DNA of 64,000 nucleotides from Camelus ferus (taxonomy: Eukaryota). The translations under genes were made by a program, and so were the position numbers. Below, piece after piece: positions 38,723 to 53,074 of this stretch (position 1 is its first letter; the number at the start of each line of letters is the position of its first letter). The notes below the pieces were generated by a model that saw only the letters and a program-made list of their open reading frames with translations, ran no database searches and was not told where the DNA came from. Location: the NCBI RefSeq assembly GCF_009834535.1, contig NC_045697.1:63614001-63678000 (forward strand), read 5' to 3'.

Positions 38723-39314
38723 ATTTAGTCTTTTCACTCTAAATATCCTGCTTAAGTAATCTCCTTCATATATGACTTCAACTGATAGCTATACTCTATT
38801 GATTCCAAAATCTATATCCCAGCCTAAATATCTCTCCAAACCTCTCAATCTAGTCAACTCTCTTTAGATATTGTTATGTGAATGTAGACATTTCTATGTG
38901 AAAACCAATAGCAACACTCTTCCTTTGTCTCCAAATTGTTTCTCCCTCTTTTTGCCTTCATAGTTGATGACACATCCTGCATCAGGTACATGTGATCATG
39001 AATCTCAGACTATGATTTACTTATTCTGGGGTGGACCCCCGAGCATCAGTATTTTCAAGAAGCTTTCCGAGTGATTCTGATTTGTAACTGTGATTGGTAA
39101 CTGATGATCTATGGTATTACTCTGCTTTTTCTGCTTGGTGACATGTATCATAACCTGAAATTATTATACTTTATTGCGTTATTCTTTTTGTCTCTCCCTT
39201 AGAATGTAAACTCCTTGAAAGGTTGTTCATCACTGTATCACCAATATGTATAGCAATGTTTGGCATATAGTAGGTATTCAATATCTTACTTATTAAATCT
39301 TTAAATGATAAACA

Positions 39315-39520
39315 CCACTTATTATTGGTCAGCATTAAGCTAAGTGTTTTATATATATTATTTTATTAATCTCACAAAACTCTTATGAGTTATTTTAATT
39401 CTAATATATTTCTTTTATTAATTAGGTAATTAATTAGGCAAAGTAATTTATCCAAGGTCACATGTAAAGTAGAACTAAGATTCTGAACTCTAGAGCTCAT
39501 GATTTTGACTAATATACTCT
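39315..39520 (-). mobile_element. MIR remnant
   Basis: AATCTCACAAAACTCTTATGAG...AAGTAATTTATCCAAGGTCACA. Confidence 0.55.
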
Positions 39521-41349
39521 ACATATGCTTTCCAACTATATGTATTTTTTGTTCAAATTTCTATGCTTTTGAGTATTTTTTTTTTCTTTTGGAATAGCCT
39601 CTTCATTTGGTGATTTATTACTCCACTGTGGTAGGATTGAAAGTCAAATCATCTGTCTCCACCAGTTTCTTCATTTCACTCAACAGCCTTACATATTCTG
39701 TTTTCTGACTGATATTTATTCTAAATGTAGTTATTATCAAGCAATGCATACTGCTTGTTCTTCAACAGTGTTCTAGACACAGCAGAAGCATACCATTTGC
39801 CATTCTCCTCATTCTGCACTTTGATCCATAACTTCCATCCACAAATCTCTTTGCATTTTACAATCATGAATTCCCCACACATCCTATGAGGAAAATGAAT
39901 GTTATCTTAATTTTATAGATGCATAAAGTGAAATGTAGACTAATTAAATAAGTTCTTCAAGGACAGTGAGTTGATTGGGAATCAAGGTTAACACTGAACT
40001 TTCCAGATTGCCATTTCTAAAAGGAATGAATGGTGTCTTAAGTTGGTTTCACCATATGTAGTTGAAAATGTGTATTGTAAGCTTTCTCAATGTAGCCTCC
40101 ATTAGTTTTTGGACATTGCCCAGAATTCACAGTAAATTGATACTCAGCCCTTAGATATGTATGCAGTTTTCATCTGTTTGCTTCTGTGGGAGATAGAAAA
40201 ATGAAACTGAAGAAAGAATTTAGCCCATAGTAATTATATCTTCCAGTAGAGACTCTGGTAATTATGTTTAGAGATTTTTTTTCACTATATAATTTAAAGG
40301 TTCTTATTTTGTAATGTAGCTCTAATTTAGCATATAGAAGTAAGCAGCTAATTAAGCTGAGACTACTTTCTACTCACAGCCAACATTTAGAACATAATCA
40401 GAGTTATTATTACAAAATTGTTTAAAGTTATATTACTATTTATGAGTATGAACCCAAACCAAAATGCATAGCATAATAATGTAATTAAGAAATGCTGTAT
40501 TATTTCAGTGTGTTGCCATTCAAATAACCAAATTAGAACTATATGTTCATTTCACCAATGATGGGTTGTGACACTCATAAAAGAACCTTAGTTGGTTTGT
40601 AACCTCTTGTATCTGGCTCTTAAACAAAATGTTTTTTTTTTTTTATTCTTACTATTTGAAATGTAAAATTGATTTAAAAACAACATGTATAGTGCACCAC
40701 TTCTGCATAATTTTTAATTTGTTCAGATGTTGAGATTTTGTTGGATCAAAATAAAACTTTCGATGCCTAGTCAAATCATTGTGATTGAAATGATCTTTTA
40801 AAAGTCCAACAAATAAGAAGTAATATATAAATAAGAAAAAGAAATTAATATACAAAAGAGAATCTGAGTTTAGCTAGGATTTTATTTTTGTCTGCATGTG
40901 TGATTTCAATCACTGATAAGCATATGTAGTAATATAAGATTTCCTGGTAACATGAGAAATCTGTTCTTCAGATGTATATCTTAGACAGGCATTAGATATA
41001 AATCTTTTTAATGAATGATGTTTCTAATCAGGGGCTTTTCAAATTTCTGTTCTACAAACTCCTAAAAGAGAATTTGCTAAGTTTTACAATTTAAATATCA
41101 ACCTCCTAAGATGGCTGCTTCATTAATAGTTAGGTGAGTAGATGATACCTCAATTTATTTCTTATTTCTGAAGGCTTTCCATTTATTTGCACATCCCAGA
41201 GTACTTATCTTTAAGAAAAAAATAAAAATGAATTGAATCAATACAACTGGCAGTGTGACTATTATGGATTCTAACTGAATAGCCAAGGGAGAATGACATG
41301 ACATTTATCAGCTGGACTAAAACTGCAATCATTCTACAAGTAGAATCCT

Positions 41350-42770
41350 TCTACTGATTTACCAAAGTTCTCACCACCAAATTTCACATCAACCGTCCTC
41401 CCCTCCTCTACCATCCCAAACCATTAGCAATCACTAATATGTTTTCCATTCTAAAATGTTGTCATTTCAAAATGTTTTATAAGTGAGATAATAATTTATG
41501 TAATCTTTTGAAATTGTCTTTTCCCCCACTCAGAAAAATCCAACTGTGTGTCAATAATGTTCCTTTTTATTAGAGAGTAGTAGTCGATGGTAGTTATGTA
41601 CCATGATTTGTGTAACCATTCGACCACTGAAGGACATTTTGGCTGTCTCCAGGTTTTAAATATTATGAATAAAACTTTTGTGAAATGTATGTACAAGTTT
41701 TTGCATGAACTGTTTTTATATCCCTGGAATAAATGCCCAAGAGTACAATTGCTGAGTTGTAGTATTAGTTTCTTTTTTCTACTATAACAAATTATCATAA
41801 GTTTAGTGATTTAATACAATATTTGTTATTTTGTAATTAGGGCCTACTGGCCTACAATCAAACTAACTGTAGGGCTGTGTTCCTTCTGGAACTTGTAGCA
41901 AATAAACTTTTTGCCACGTTTCCAAATTTTGGAGGCTGTTATCCTTGATCATGGCTCTTTCCTTTATCTTCACAGCCAGCAGTATAACATCTTTAAATCT
42001 CTCTCCCCCACCTCTGTTTCTGTCCTCACATCTCCTTCTCTGACTGAGATGGTTCTTCTTACCTCTTTCCCTTAGAAGAACCTTGGGGAATATACTAGAC
42101 TCATCTAGATAATCCAGCTTTAATCTTTCCATTTTAAGATCCTTAATTTAATCACATCTGCAAAGTCACTTTTGCCAATTAAACTAACATATTCACCGGT
42201 TCTGGAGCTTAGGATGTGGATATATTCTGTTCAGGGCGGGGCAGGTTGGCATTCTTCTGCTTATCACAGATGGTAATTGTATGTCTAGTTTTATGAGAAA
42301 CTCAAACTTTTCCAGAGTGACTTGCCATTTGTATTCATACCACCAATATATGAATGATCCAGTGTCTTTGCATCTGTACCAGTATTGAGTCTTGCCACTA
42401 TTTTTTATTTTATTGATCCTGATAAAATATAGTGAGAACTCATGGTTTTAATTTATATTTCCCTGATGGCTAATGCTGAACATCTTATTATGTGTTTATT
42501 TGTAATTGACATATCTTTGGTGAGATATCTGTTTATTTCTTTTGCCTGTTTCTAATTGAATTATTTGGGGGTTTTTTTTGTTTGTTTAGTTTAGTTTAGT
42601 TTTGTTTTGTTTTGTTTTTACTGTTGAAGTTTGAGTATTCTCTATATATTCCGGATAGTAGTTCTTAGTCAGCTGTGTGGTTTACAAATCTTTTCTTCCA
42701 GTCTGTAGCTTGTCTTATCTCTTCACATGGTATCTCACAGAGCAAAAGTTGTTTATTCTTATGAGCCATA
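41350..42770 (-). mobile_element. Old LINE-1 (L1MB/MC-like) split by a MaLR LTR
   Basis: ORF 41496-41798 contains TWRQPKCPS (ORF2 C-terminus); L1 resumes at ~42270 (ATGGTAATTGTATGT). Confidence 0.85.
41760..42268 (-). mobile_element. MaLR solo LTR (MLT1D-like)
   Basis: GGGCTGTGTTCCTTCTGGA...TTTAAGATCCTTAATTTAATCACATCTGCAAAGTC...TCTGCTTATCACA. Confidence 0.85.
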
Positions 42771-43392
42771 TTGCTTCTGATTTAGTAAATTATTCTTGCT
42801 AATTCTTAGCACTACTGAATTTTTTAGGAAGGCTATTAAGAGAATTACAGGATAATTGACAGATCATATTTGTAAATTGCTGCATTAAAATAAATAGGAT
42901 CCCACATATTAGTTTACTCTTGGGTATTGTCACATACACTGTGACAGCTAAATTCATCTATAACTTTCATGCCACATATTAGGGGTATCATAATCCCTCT
43001 TATTAAGCCTAAACATGACACTGGTAAATTTCCTTATGCTACATGGAGGGAAATTTTACTAATCAGTTGCTAGAATTGATCAGCTTACTGAAAATCATGG
43101 ACTATGTATTTATTTGTCTTAATTTTCAGTTATTTATACTGTTTTAGAAAGCAAGTAAATTGTGCTGTGAGATCCTGTGGGAAAAAATAGTCTTTGTTAA
43201 AACATCTTAAGACATATTTCTTTTTTGGTAACAATATACCTGTATATTCACTTTTTCCCAAGTACATCCCAGTGGTTTTCAATAAAGAAAATACATGCAA
43301 TAAAGTAAATACAATAGAAATAGAAAACACAGGCTTCAGAAGGACCATAAAAGTAGTTAATATGATTATGTGACTTTTAGCTTTCTGGAATT

Positions 43393-43394
<2 letters not shown>

Positions 43395-43453
<59 letters not shown>

Positions 43454-43490
43454 TCTCTCTCTCTCTCTCTTTCTCTCACCCCCCCCCCAC
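43395..43490. repeat. Long pure (CA)n followed by (TC)n and a C run
   Basis: About 28 CA units at 43395-43450, then TC repeats. Confidence 0.97.
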
Positions 43491-45229
43491 ATACTCACAA
43501 ACGTATGTGGGGAATGTATGTATAAGTTGCATACTTCTTAGCTAAATGAGGAAAGGATTCCTGGTCCTGGAGAGAATCAAAGTTTTCCTTCTTGTTAAGA
43601 TGCTAAGGAAATTTCTCCCTTGGAAACTTTATGAAGGATACACTGGAAGAAAATAAACAATAGCATTATAATGAACAATAATGATTTTTCATGTGGCTAT
43701 TTCTTATAATGATACCTAATGAAAGCTGAGGAAATAATATTAAAGTACAACTCTGAAAAGGCATTTGTGCTAATGTGATCTTAGTATTCAGCTGAAAGGA
43801 ACAGAATATGCTTACTATAATCTCCTCAATTAAATATTTGTTCATTAAGTATTAAGAATAAAAACTTGCTTTAATTTTCCATTTAAACACTCCTTTTTTT
43901 CCCCAGAGTCACCCTTTTTCTTTATGTGTATTAAAGATAAACATTTTAAGATTTAAGTTGTATCAGTCTAAACATTCCTGATTACTTTTATTAAGTGGTT
44001 TTAAAGATCAAAACTATTTCACAAAATAACTTCTAGAAGTAATGTTAAAAATAAATAGCATCCCTTAAAAAGAATGACTTCAAGGATGAGATGAACTGGT
44101 ATACTTTTTAATAAGTCCGTTGAAATAAGAAGTTATATGGGTAGATTCTAGTTTAGATAATTCCATTCTTGTCTTGAAATTACTGAAGTCCTGCCACTAA
44201 AAAGAAAATGTGTTTTAGAATGTTTCCTTTGATACAGATGAAGAGGTTTTGGAGATTCTGGTATAATTCTTTGCGGTGCTATAAATGAAGTTCTGATTTA
44301 GTCTGCCATTTAACCCCCATTGGCTCTGTTCTCATTCTGTCAATCTTTATAATCTCTTTAATTTTGCAATCTTTTGAAGTATGAGTATGATCTCTATCAT
44401 TACTCTAAAAATTCTACAAATATGAATACTTAGAGTGGTTAATCATTAAAAGGATCAAATCTAAGAAAAATTCAAGATTTATTCCCAAGAGAAACTTAGT
44501 CTATTTTTCGTTCTTTATGATCATAGAGGGCAAATTCAGTTTAATCTAGAGTTGTGTATTTAGATCCCACATTAACTTTTACCATTTAATGGATTAAAAT
44601 GTGTTCTTTTGATGTCAAGAATTCCATTTACTCAAATTATACATCTATTCCAGAATCAGAATCTTAAACTCATTGAATGAAAATAATATAAATTTTTACA
44701 TTAACAATTAATTCTGTTTTCCTTGGAACTTTCTCTTGTCAAAATAGGATTTTACACTAAATTGTGTCTCATATTTACTGTAAATCATCAGTAAAAAATG
44801 TAAAATTATAGTTACCTTTTAACATTATATACTTTTCTAAAGAGATTCATCCTTTATTTTATACCAATCTAATTTGCAAAGATATAAATGATTAGTGTAT
44901 AATCCATAAAAATCTATTGCTAATTGCTCTGAAAACAAACTAAATTTTTATAAATGATGTTATTGTTTGTATATTATATTTCACAAACTTAAGTCAGTTT
45001 GTCATAAATTTGATCCACAGAAATAAATTTAATGCTGCTATATAATATATTCATCCTCTTCTGACCCCCTTCCCTTTTTTTTTTTTTTTTTTTTGACAAA
45101 TTGTTGTCTTCCGTATCTTGGTCTTAAATTCTTCAGGGAGAAATTCCTACTCCAGAACAGTTCTCTTTGCTATATAGCACTCTGTAATGGCACCACCTCT
45201 AATAGCACCCTATGCTATCAGTATCATAG

Positions 45230-45405
45230 GACTTAAAACATTTTATTTTACTTAGATTTTTAGACTCTGTTTTGCATTTATGATTTAAACTCAGTGATGG
45301 CAGAGTTCCAATATAGCATTCTTCTTCTCTATCTCAGGGCTTAGATCCAGAGAATGGCATATAATGGATATGCAGTAAATATTTGTTGAATACATACATG
45401 AATAA
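45230..45405 (+). mobile_element. L2 3' end remnant
   Basis: ...TGGCATATAATGGATATGCAGTAAATATTTGTTGAATACATACATGAATAAA. Confidence 0.55.
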
Positions 45406-48400
45406 AATTATCACTCTCCAGTAAAAATGATGATGATAACAGCATTGGTATATCATAGAAAAATAAAAGAAACTTTAAGAAGGGTCCTTCAAAAGCACAC
45501 TTATAATGCAATCCGTTTCTTATTTACTCTCCAGATAGTTATTTTACTCCTAGATTTTCTTAAAACATCACAGTAGCTAGTGGGCATATCAAGATGAATA
45601 AAAGCCAATCTGTGACTTAAGAGGTTTAGCAATCTATTTATGGAGACAGACACCTATCCAAGTAACTATAACACACAGGCATAAATCCTGTAACAGACAA
45701 ATAGTTTTGAGAAGGGAGTCCCACCTCACAGAGGAGGTGGGATAGAACTGCACATAGACTTGAAACATTTGATTTTTGTTACTTTCCCCACCAAGTCTAA
45801 ATACAGAATAAAGAGAAAGCCGAATATTCAGCCCCTGCTCATTGTTACCATGGGTTAACGTAGAACAAATTTTTTCAGATCTTTAAGGGATGATATTATT
45901 ATTGTTGTTGTTGTTGTTATTGTTATTATTAATGTTTATACAGCAACAGTTATTATCCCTTCTGGTTTTTTTTAATAGCAAAACAAATCATAACTGAAGA
46001 AGGAAAAGTGAACAATGTTCTCTCGGGTTACTCTTTTCTCAAATGTTAATCTCTTTCCATGGGCTTCAGTTACTTACAACTTTCCAAATCAAATAATGAC
46101 CCACATTACTCTTCGCATTGGTTAAGATACAATTATGAAGGTACTCATAAAATAGATAGATTCATTATAGTATCTTTAGAATTACCAGCAGTCATTGCAT
46201 TTAGTGGCACTGGTGTCCTGCACAGCTGCAAAAGGATTAGCCTTAGTCACGTGCAATGCGCAACTGCTTAATGGTAGGCAGTGGTCCCTGGCACCATGGA
46301 CCAACCCTAAAAATAATGTAACCAGAATAGTAAGCACTGCTCCTTTTGCTTTTGGCCTAATATTAGCCTTAGCAATTGAGATTCTTAATCCACCTGTTTT
46401 TTTCCCTTATTGATTTTATTTAAAACAAACAATTCTTGTGGAATATTTGCATTTGATGTTACTGAGTTGGCTGATAACTAATGAGAATGATTGCAATGAT
46501 ATAGGGAACAGAGATTATAGGTCCTGCTGAGAATTTTATTGAGTAATAAATGTAGCTTGAACCATTGCAAATTTTTAAAAACCACTGATGTTTAATATCA
46601 AGGTTCTGGGTTTAATATTTTTTTTATCAGTTTTTATATTTATAGGACTATACATTTAATCTCAGAAAAATATCTCAAAAATAGCACCATATTGACAACG
46701 ATTTAGTGTACAAGTGATTTAGTGCAGAATAGATCTGTTGCCCTGTGAGGTGAAAAATTTTGAGAGCAGGTTTTTTTAGAATAGTAAATCAGAAGTGTAT
46801 AGGTGATGGTACATTTTGAAAGCCCATTTAAAATATATAGTGGTAAATTTTTACTAAAAATTCAGGAGTATAATAATGTATTATTTCCTTTTTGTAGTCT
46901 TAATGATTCAAACATCTAATACATAGCTGGATTATCTTTTTTTTTTTTTTTTTGGTCTGTTTATATACTTCCCAACTTAAGGACAGTTTACATCTTTTCA
47001 GTTTCTTAAATTTCCCAGTAAAAATAATGATGAACTCTATTTAATAATCCTTTCTTCCTTCTCTCCATAAAGATAGAAGGCCAAGATGTTTGGATTGTAT
47101 TTGCATATGTGATTCTCAGTCATAAGTGCCAAGAATGTTTTCTGATGAGAAATATGAATCTGTTGTATTTTTTAAAAAATCAATCTATTAATATAACATA
47201 ATACTTAACAAAATACTTAGGTTTATTAATCTATTACATTAATCTATTATAAAGCTTACTTAATCTTATGAACACAATTGTGTCATTTGACAAAATTGCA
47301 AGTCATCTTGTAGCTTTAACATGATGATGTTGCAACTGTGACTTTAAACTACTTTTTAAAAATAGCCTTTTTAGCAAAAAGATAAAAACTAATAATCATG
47401 AGATCATTTTAACTTTTGCAAAATGATATCAAGTGTGTATACACAAAATTCTTTTCGTCATTGTTATTACTTGCTTGAGTTCTATGTGCCTGTCAAATTA
47501 AAAATAATGTTGTGTTAGACTAAGGATTTTTTTTTAAAGGGCATCTGATGTTACTGCCTTTTTAACACTGAGTGGCCAGGCTTACAGAGAGAAACATCTT
47601 AATGAAAAAACTTCAATAGGAGCTTTCAAACATTCAAAACCTCTATTTATGAAAGCTTCTCTAATATTCCTAGATTTAATGTTTAAGCACTGCCTGATTT
47701 GCTCATGAGTAAAAAGATTTTGTCTGGTATTATCATTTCATGTATTTCTGAGTAATTTATTTATACAGTAAGAAGTATTATTTCTCAGTTCTTTACAGCT
47801 TCGTTCTGGTTGATGAAACAAGGTCATGGAAACACTATTTAGTTTTTGGCCTCCAGGACCTTGTCCTTTTGTTTTGTGTTAGCACAGGTGGGAATGAATG
47901 AGAGCACATTTCTGTTGTTTTTCATCAGCTAAGAGAAGGGCTTTGGGAGAGAAGCATAAAGTGAGTAGGGAAAGCATTGTCCTGGGTACCTCTTTGTATA
48001 TTCAGTCTGAGCATTATATATCTGACAATCTTGGTATATTTAAACCCTGGAATTACCCTAGGAAACAATTTTTTTGGTCTACCTTTATCTAACTTCAAGT
48101 AAATAGCCTTGAAAGCCACTCTGCCTAGACTTGTGGCAATAGAGTTAACACAAGCTTTCCTTCCATCAAATGATTGCCCTGACATTGCTAAGGACAGGTC
48201 CTTTTGTCAGCAGAGAGAATACAATTAATAGTGTTCCACTGTGAAGTTGTTGCTGTTTAGTCTTTAGTGAAAACTATGGTTCTGCCATTTAGCACATTAA
48301 GACCACTTCTCATTTTATTGTATTTTACACATCACAAAACGTTTTTGCACACATACATTATCAAGATTGATTTTCATAATTGAATGAGATGGGAATGAAC

Positions 48401-48454
48401 TTTCTGATTGTTAAATGCCCAAGACATTCCTGGGATTTCCTGCAACCTGGGATC

Positions 48455-49242
48455 TTTTTTTTTAAATTGAAGTATAGTTGATTTACAATGTTGTTAGTTT
48501 CAGGTATGCAGTAAAGTAATTCAGTTATACATACATATATATATATACTTTTTCAGATTTTTTTTCCATTATAGGTTATTACAAGATACTGAATATAGTT
48601 CCTGTGCTATATAGTAGGTCCTTGTTATTTACATATTTTATACATAATAGTGTTTATCTGTTACTCTCAGACTCCTAATTTATCCCTCTCTTGACCTTCC
48701 TTCCCCTTTGGTAGCCATAAGTTTGTTTTCTATGTCTGTGAGTTTCTTTCTGTTTTGTAAATAAGTTGATTTGTATCAATGTTTTTAGCTTTCACATATA
48801 AGTGATATAATGTGATATTTGTCTTTGACTTGCTTCACTTACTATGATAATCCACATTAGGTCCATCCGTGTTGCTGCAAATGGCACTATTTTCTCCTTT
48901 TTTATGGCTAAATAATATTTTATTGTGTATATACACCACATCTTGATCCAGTCATCTGTTGGTGGACATTTATGTTGCTTCCTTGTCTTGGCTATTGTAA
49001 ATAGTGTTGCTGTCAACATTGGGGTGCATGTATCTTTTCGAGTTAGAGTCCCCTCTGGATATATGCCCAGGGGTGGGATTGCTGAATCATATGGTGACTC
49101 TGTTTTTAGTTTTTTTAAGGAATGCCCATACTATTCATATTGACTACACCAATTTATATTCCCACCAACAGTGTAAGAGGGTTCCCTTTTCTCTACACTC
49201 TCCTGCACTTATTATCTGTAGACTTTTTGATAATGTCCATTA
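48455..49242 (-). mobile_element. 5'-truncated LINE-1 3' end
   Basis: PolyT + AATTGAAGTATAGTTGATTTACAATG; ORF 48792-49019 is L1 3' end-derived. Confidence 0.95.
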
Positions 49243-52200
49243 TTTAGTATTGCTTGTCCATTTCAAATCTTAGAAATCTATACCTATCTTTTTAATGTAG
49301 GTTAAAGCCTCCAAATATTACCAAGTGAAAATAATAAAAGAAAAACTTACAGGACCAATTCTGATAGGTTTGATAAATGATGTCAGGTTTTTCTCTCTGA
49401 CTGACTTGCTGCTGCTTCTACCCCTGGTCACTTTCACTGCTTCTGCTTCTCTGCTTCAGCCCCCCTCCCCTAACCACCACCACTTGTGCTTATAAGAGCT
49501 GCTATATTCTTTAAACATTGTATTCTATAAAAGTTTTATCCTGTAAACCTTAAATCATCCTCACCATTCAGAAATTTTTTGAATACTCGGCAACTAAGCT
49601 TCTTATAATACCTTTACATTAAGCAGTTATACTCACTGTGCGATACGAAATTCTTGCTGTTTTTTTTTAAACAAAGCCAGATTATTATTTCTTGACAAAT
49701 TCAAAACAAATATAAAAATAGATTTAAAAATATTAGATACCTACTTCATGCATAATCCTGAATGAGAGATTAAGTCAAATTGGCTTATGCTGAAAATAAT
49801 AAATATCATAAAATTATAAAGATGAATCATGAATTTTTTCCCTATAATGCAAAATTTGGATTGCTATACCAAAGGTAATTCTATTATGTTTATGTAGGAC
49901 TGGGAGGTGACAACGTTTGACACAGAAAAGTTCAGGTTTAGAGAGAATTAAACCCACAGTTTATCTCAGTAGAAATTGTGAGGGTAAATTACTTTTCAAA
50001 GTTTTGGGTTTGCTTTAAAGTAAGAGTACAGTGTAAATGCACACATAATGTATAGCTCACTGGCCCAAAATATGAAGCATTTTCTGAAGGAAACTAATAA
50101 CCTGTACTTATTTCCATCCTATACTTATTGAATGGTACTAGTCTATACATCTATTCTTTATCTAATAACTCATCTTACCATTATGTAATCTGAGCATAAT
50201 AACATTACAGACAGGTCACGTTTTCATTATAAACTTACTTTATCAATATATTTAATAAGTTTATGTTTTTCAAATACTATAATTTTTAGTTTCAAATGAA
50301 TTGGACTGTATAACAGCAAAGTTCTATCTGTACTGTTAGACTAGTAAAAGTAGGTTATAATGGAAAAATAATGCCTATTCAAATTTTAATTAGACCTACA
50401 TCTTTTCATATTTATTTTTTACCAGTTTGTTTTTACTAATCTGCTACTGTGATTAGGTGCTATCTCTGTTCATCACATAAAATTAAAGTCAGAGTCCTGG
50501 TCATTTAAATGGATGGAAGGAAGAAGGAAAGGAAAGAGGGGAGGGAGGAAAAAATTTAATTTTAACAAAGGGCCTGAATAATCCATAGGCAAGATGCTTT
50601 GGCATACATTACACAGGTTTTATCAACAGTTTCATATAAATGATACTTTTCAGTGGTAGGAGTTTATTTTTCTAAAATGTTGTTTTCCATATTTAATTTA
50701 TTACCAAAATTGATTTTTGTATTTGAAAGAAAATAATATTTAAATCTCTGTTAACAAGTGCTTATTATAAAGTTGATACCAATATTAGTAGTTAATTTTA
50801 TATGTTAAAGATTGCTTTTACTCATGCAAAAATATAATCTTTCAGTTTCACATCAGTATATTAAAGGCCATTCAATAACTAGAGAAAAAACTTCAGTTTT
50901 AGTGTCTGGAAAGTTTCTTTTCAGTTCATGTATTTTTTTTTGCCTTTTATACTATTAAAATAGTGCACGTTCCATGTTTATAAAAATCTTAAGAGTTATT
51001 CAAATATGAAATGATAAGGATTAATTTTTGTAAGCATAAATAAATTACACATAGGCTTGGTACTTCATTAAGGTTTTATTTAAAACAGTTTATGCTCATT
51101 CTTCTAAGAATACTTACTACTGAACAGATTTCTTATTTGGCTCAAGAGTCCTTTGCCTACATTCACGCAATTTACACAAGTTGTTGCCTTAAAGAGGTAG
51201 GAAATGTTTGTAAAACAAAAACAACGATAAGTATAGTCTTAATGTCTCTCCATTTTCATTTGAAATTGACTGGATGAGGCTGAATAGTTCTTAGTTTTAA
51301 ACATGTACTTTTAATTTTTCTCCAAAAGTATAAGTAACAAAATAAATTTGATCTCAGTGAAATGGTTTTTAAATAGTTCCATACTGTTTTATGTCCTGAA
51401 AGGCTCCTGAATATATCAGCGGAAAAAAACACAATTATACAGGATTATTTCTTGTGATTTTAATAAGCAACAAAAAACTTATTCCTTATATATTTTAAAT
51501 ATACTGCAAACTATAGTGTATGTTTAAAATCATCATCATCATCATCAACACCATCATCATCGTTATCATTTTTATTATTTCTACCATGATTATAACCATG
51601 AGTTATTGAACATTCTACACAAAGTAACACACAAAATTAATATTTTTCTATTAGAATTACCTCCTATTGCTAATAGCTCTGTGATGCTGATATTCTGAAA
51701 AAAGACATTTTATATATGTGTATATATATAAATTATATATAGCATATAATATAAAAGCCATTTAAAGATAAAAAGTAAATTTTTTGCTTTGTTACATAAT
51801 ACGTGGTGTACTAGATGCTATTCATGCAGATAGAAATGCTGTGTCCCTAACTTGTATAACTCCCTGCCTAGTATGTAATGTGGGGAGGGTATGATTTTAG
51901 AGAGACTGTTGTTGCTGTTATTGCTGTTTGTTTTGTTAGTTAGGTAACTAGTTAGTTTTGCTTTCAAACTGATTCAAGCATTTTAATGTATTAAGGATAA
52001 AGTGGGAGTAAGGAGAGGGAGTTTGAATACAGGAGAAGGAATAAGCAATTAGGAAAGATGCCATAGGAGACGGGAAGAAATAAAGCTCAGAGCTGAGGAA
52101 CTGGTCTAAATCTGGAAGTACCTGTCTCCCAGGGAGACGTTAGGTGGGACTATAAGAATAAATCAATAAACTGATGAAATTATTGGGGCAAAGCATGGTC

Positions 52201-52489
52201 AGCAACAGAGAGGGCAGAAAACTAAGGAAGCCTACACCTAAGGGCCTTTATTTTCTTAGTGAAAGCAGAGGTAAGGTCAGGTCTTGAAACCTCCTCACTC
52301 TTTCTCTCCATCACCTCATAAGGGAGAAATAAGAGGCCTGAAGGATATGAACAAGTTTTGAAACAACAGCAATGGAGAATGATGGGGAAGAGAATAGATG
52401 GGGGAGATACGGAAGGATTAGAAATCATCACTGAAGACATTTTACACTGGAGCCCATCTTCCACCACTATTTCTTTAAATTGCTTTTAT

Positions 52490-52743
52490 TTGTTTATTAT
52501 TTTTTAATTCCCATTACACTTTTTTAATTTTTTATTGAAATATATTTAGTTTACAATGTTGTATCAATTTCTTGTGTACAACATAACAGTTCAGTCATAC
52601 ATATACATACGTATATTCTTTTTCATACTCTTTTTCATTGTAGGTTACTACAAGATGTTGAATATAGTTCCCTGTGCTATACAGTATAAACTTGTTGTTT
52701 ATCTATTTTATATAATGGTTTGTATCTGCAAATCTCAAACTCA
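52490..52743 (-). mobile_element. Short LINE-1 3'UTR insertion
   Basis: TTTATTGAAATATATTTAGTTTACAATG...TATCTGCAAATCTCAAACTC; possible TSD TTGCTTTT. Confidence 0.88.
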
Positions 52744-53074
52744 GTTGCTTTTAATTGTAGATTGAATTTAAGCAGGAAGAGTATCTTCCCCTGCTATGTG
52801 AACATGGCAGAGTTACAGAGTTCAGATTGCCTAACCTACAGAGCTACATGATGTTTCTTATTTCTAAGTTGTATGAAAAGAGGAAAAAATTCTAAATAAG
52901 GGAGGCTCAGGAAAGTCAGTGATGTACATTCTGAAAGTGTCAACAAAACTTCACCAAACAGGGATTTATCCAAGTGAAATCTGCCCCATGTTGTGAAATC
53001 TGACATTTGCTGTGTCCTAAGGCCAGCCTCAGCTTAGTAACTTTACTTCTATATTTAAAACTATATATATTCTG

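Larger units (their letters stand above)
36860..39312 (+). mobile_element. Fragmented L2 hosting the MLT1 LTRs and a MER5-like insert (~38980-39110)
   Basis: Colinear pyrimidine-rich L2 pieces ending TAGAATGTAAACTCCTTGA...TGGCATATAGTAGGTATTCAATA. Confidence 0.6.

Noticed and set aside
45719..45742. Perfect 9-bp stem TCCCACCTC/GAGGTGGGA with a 6-nt loop
   Set aside because: Too short to exceed chance in 64 kb; no supporting context
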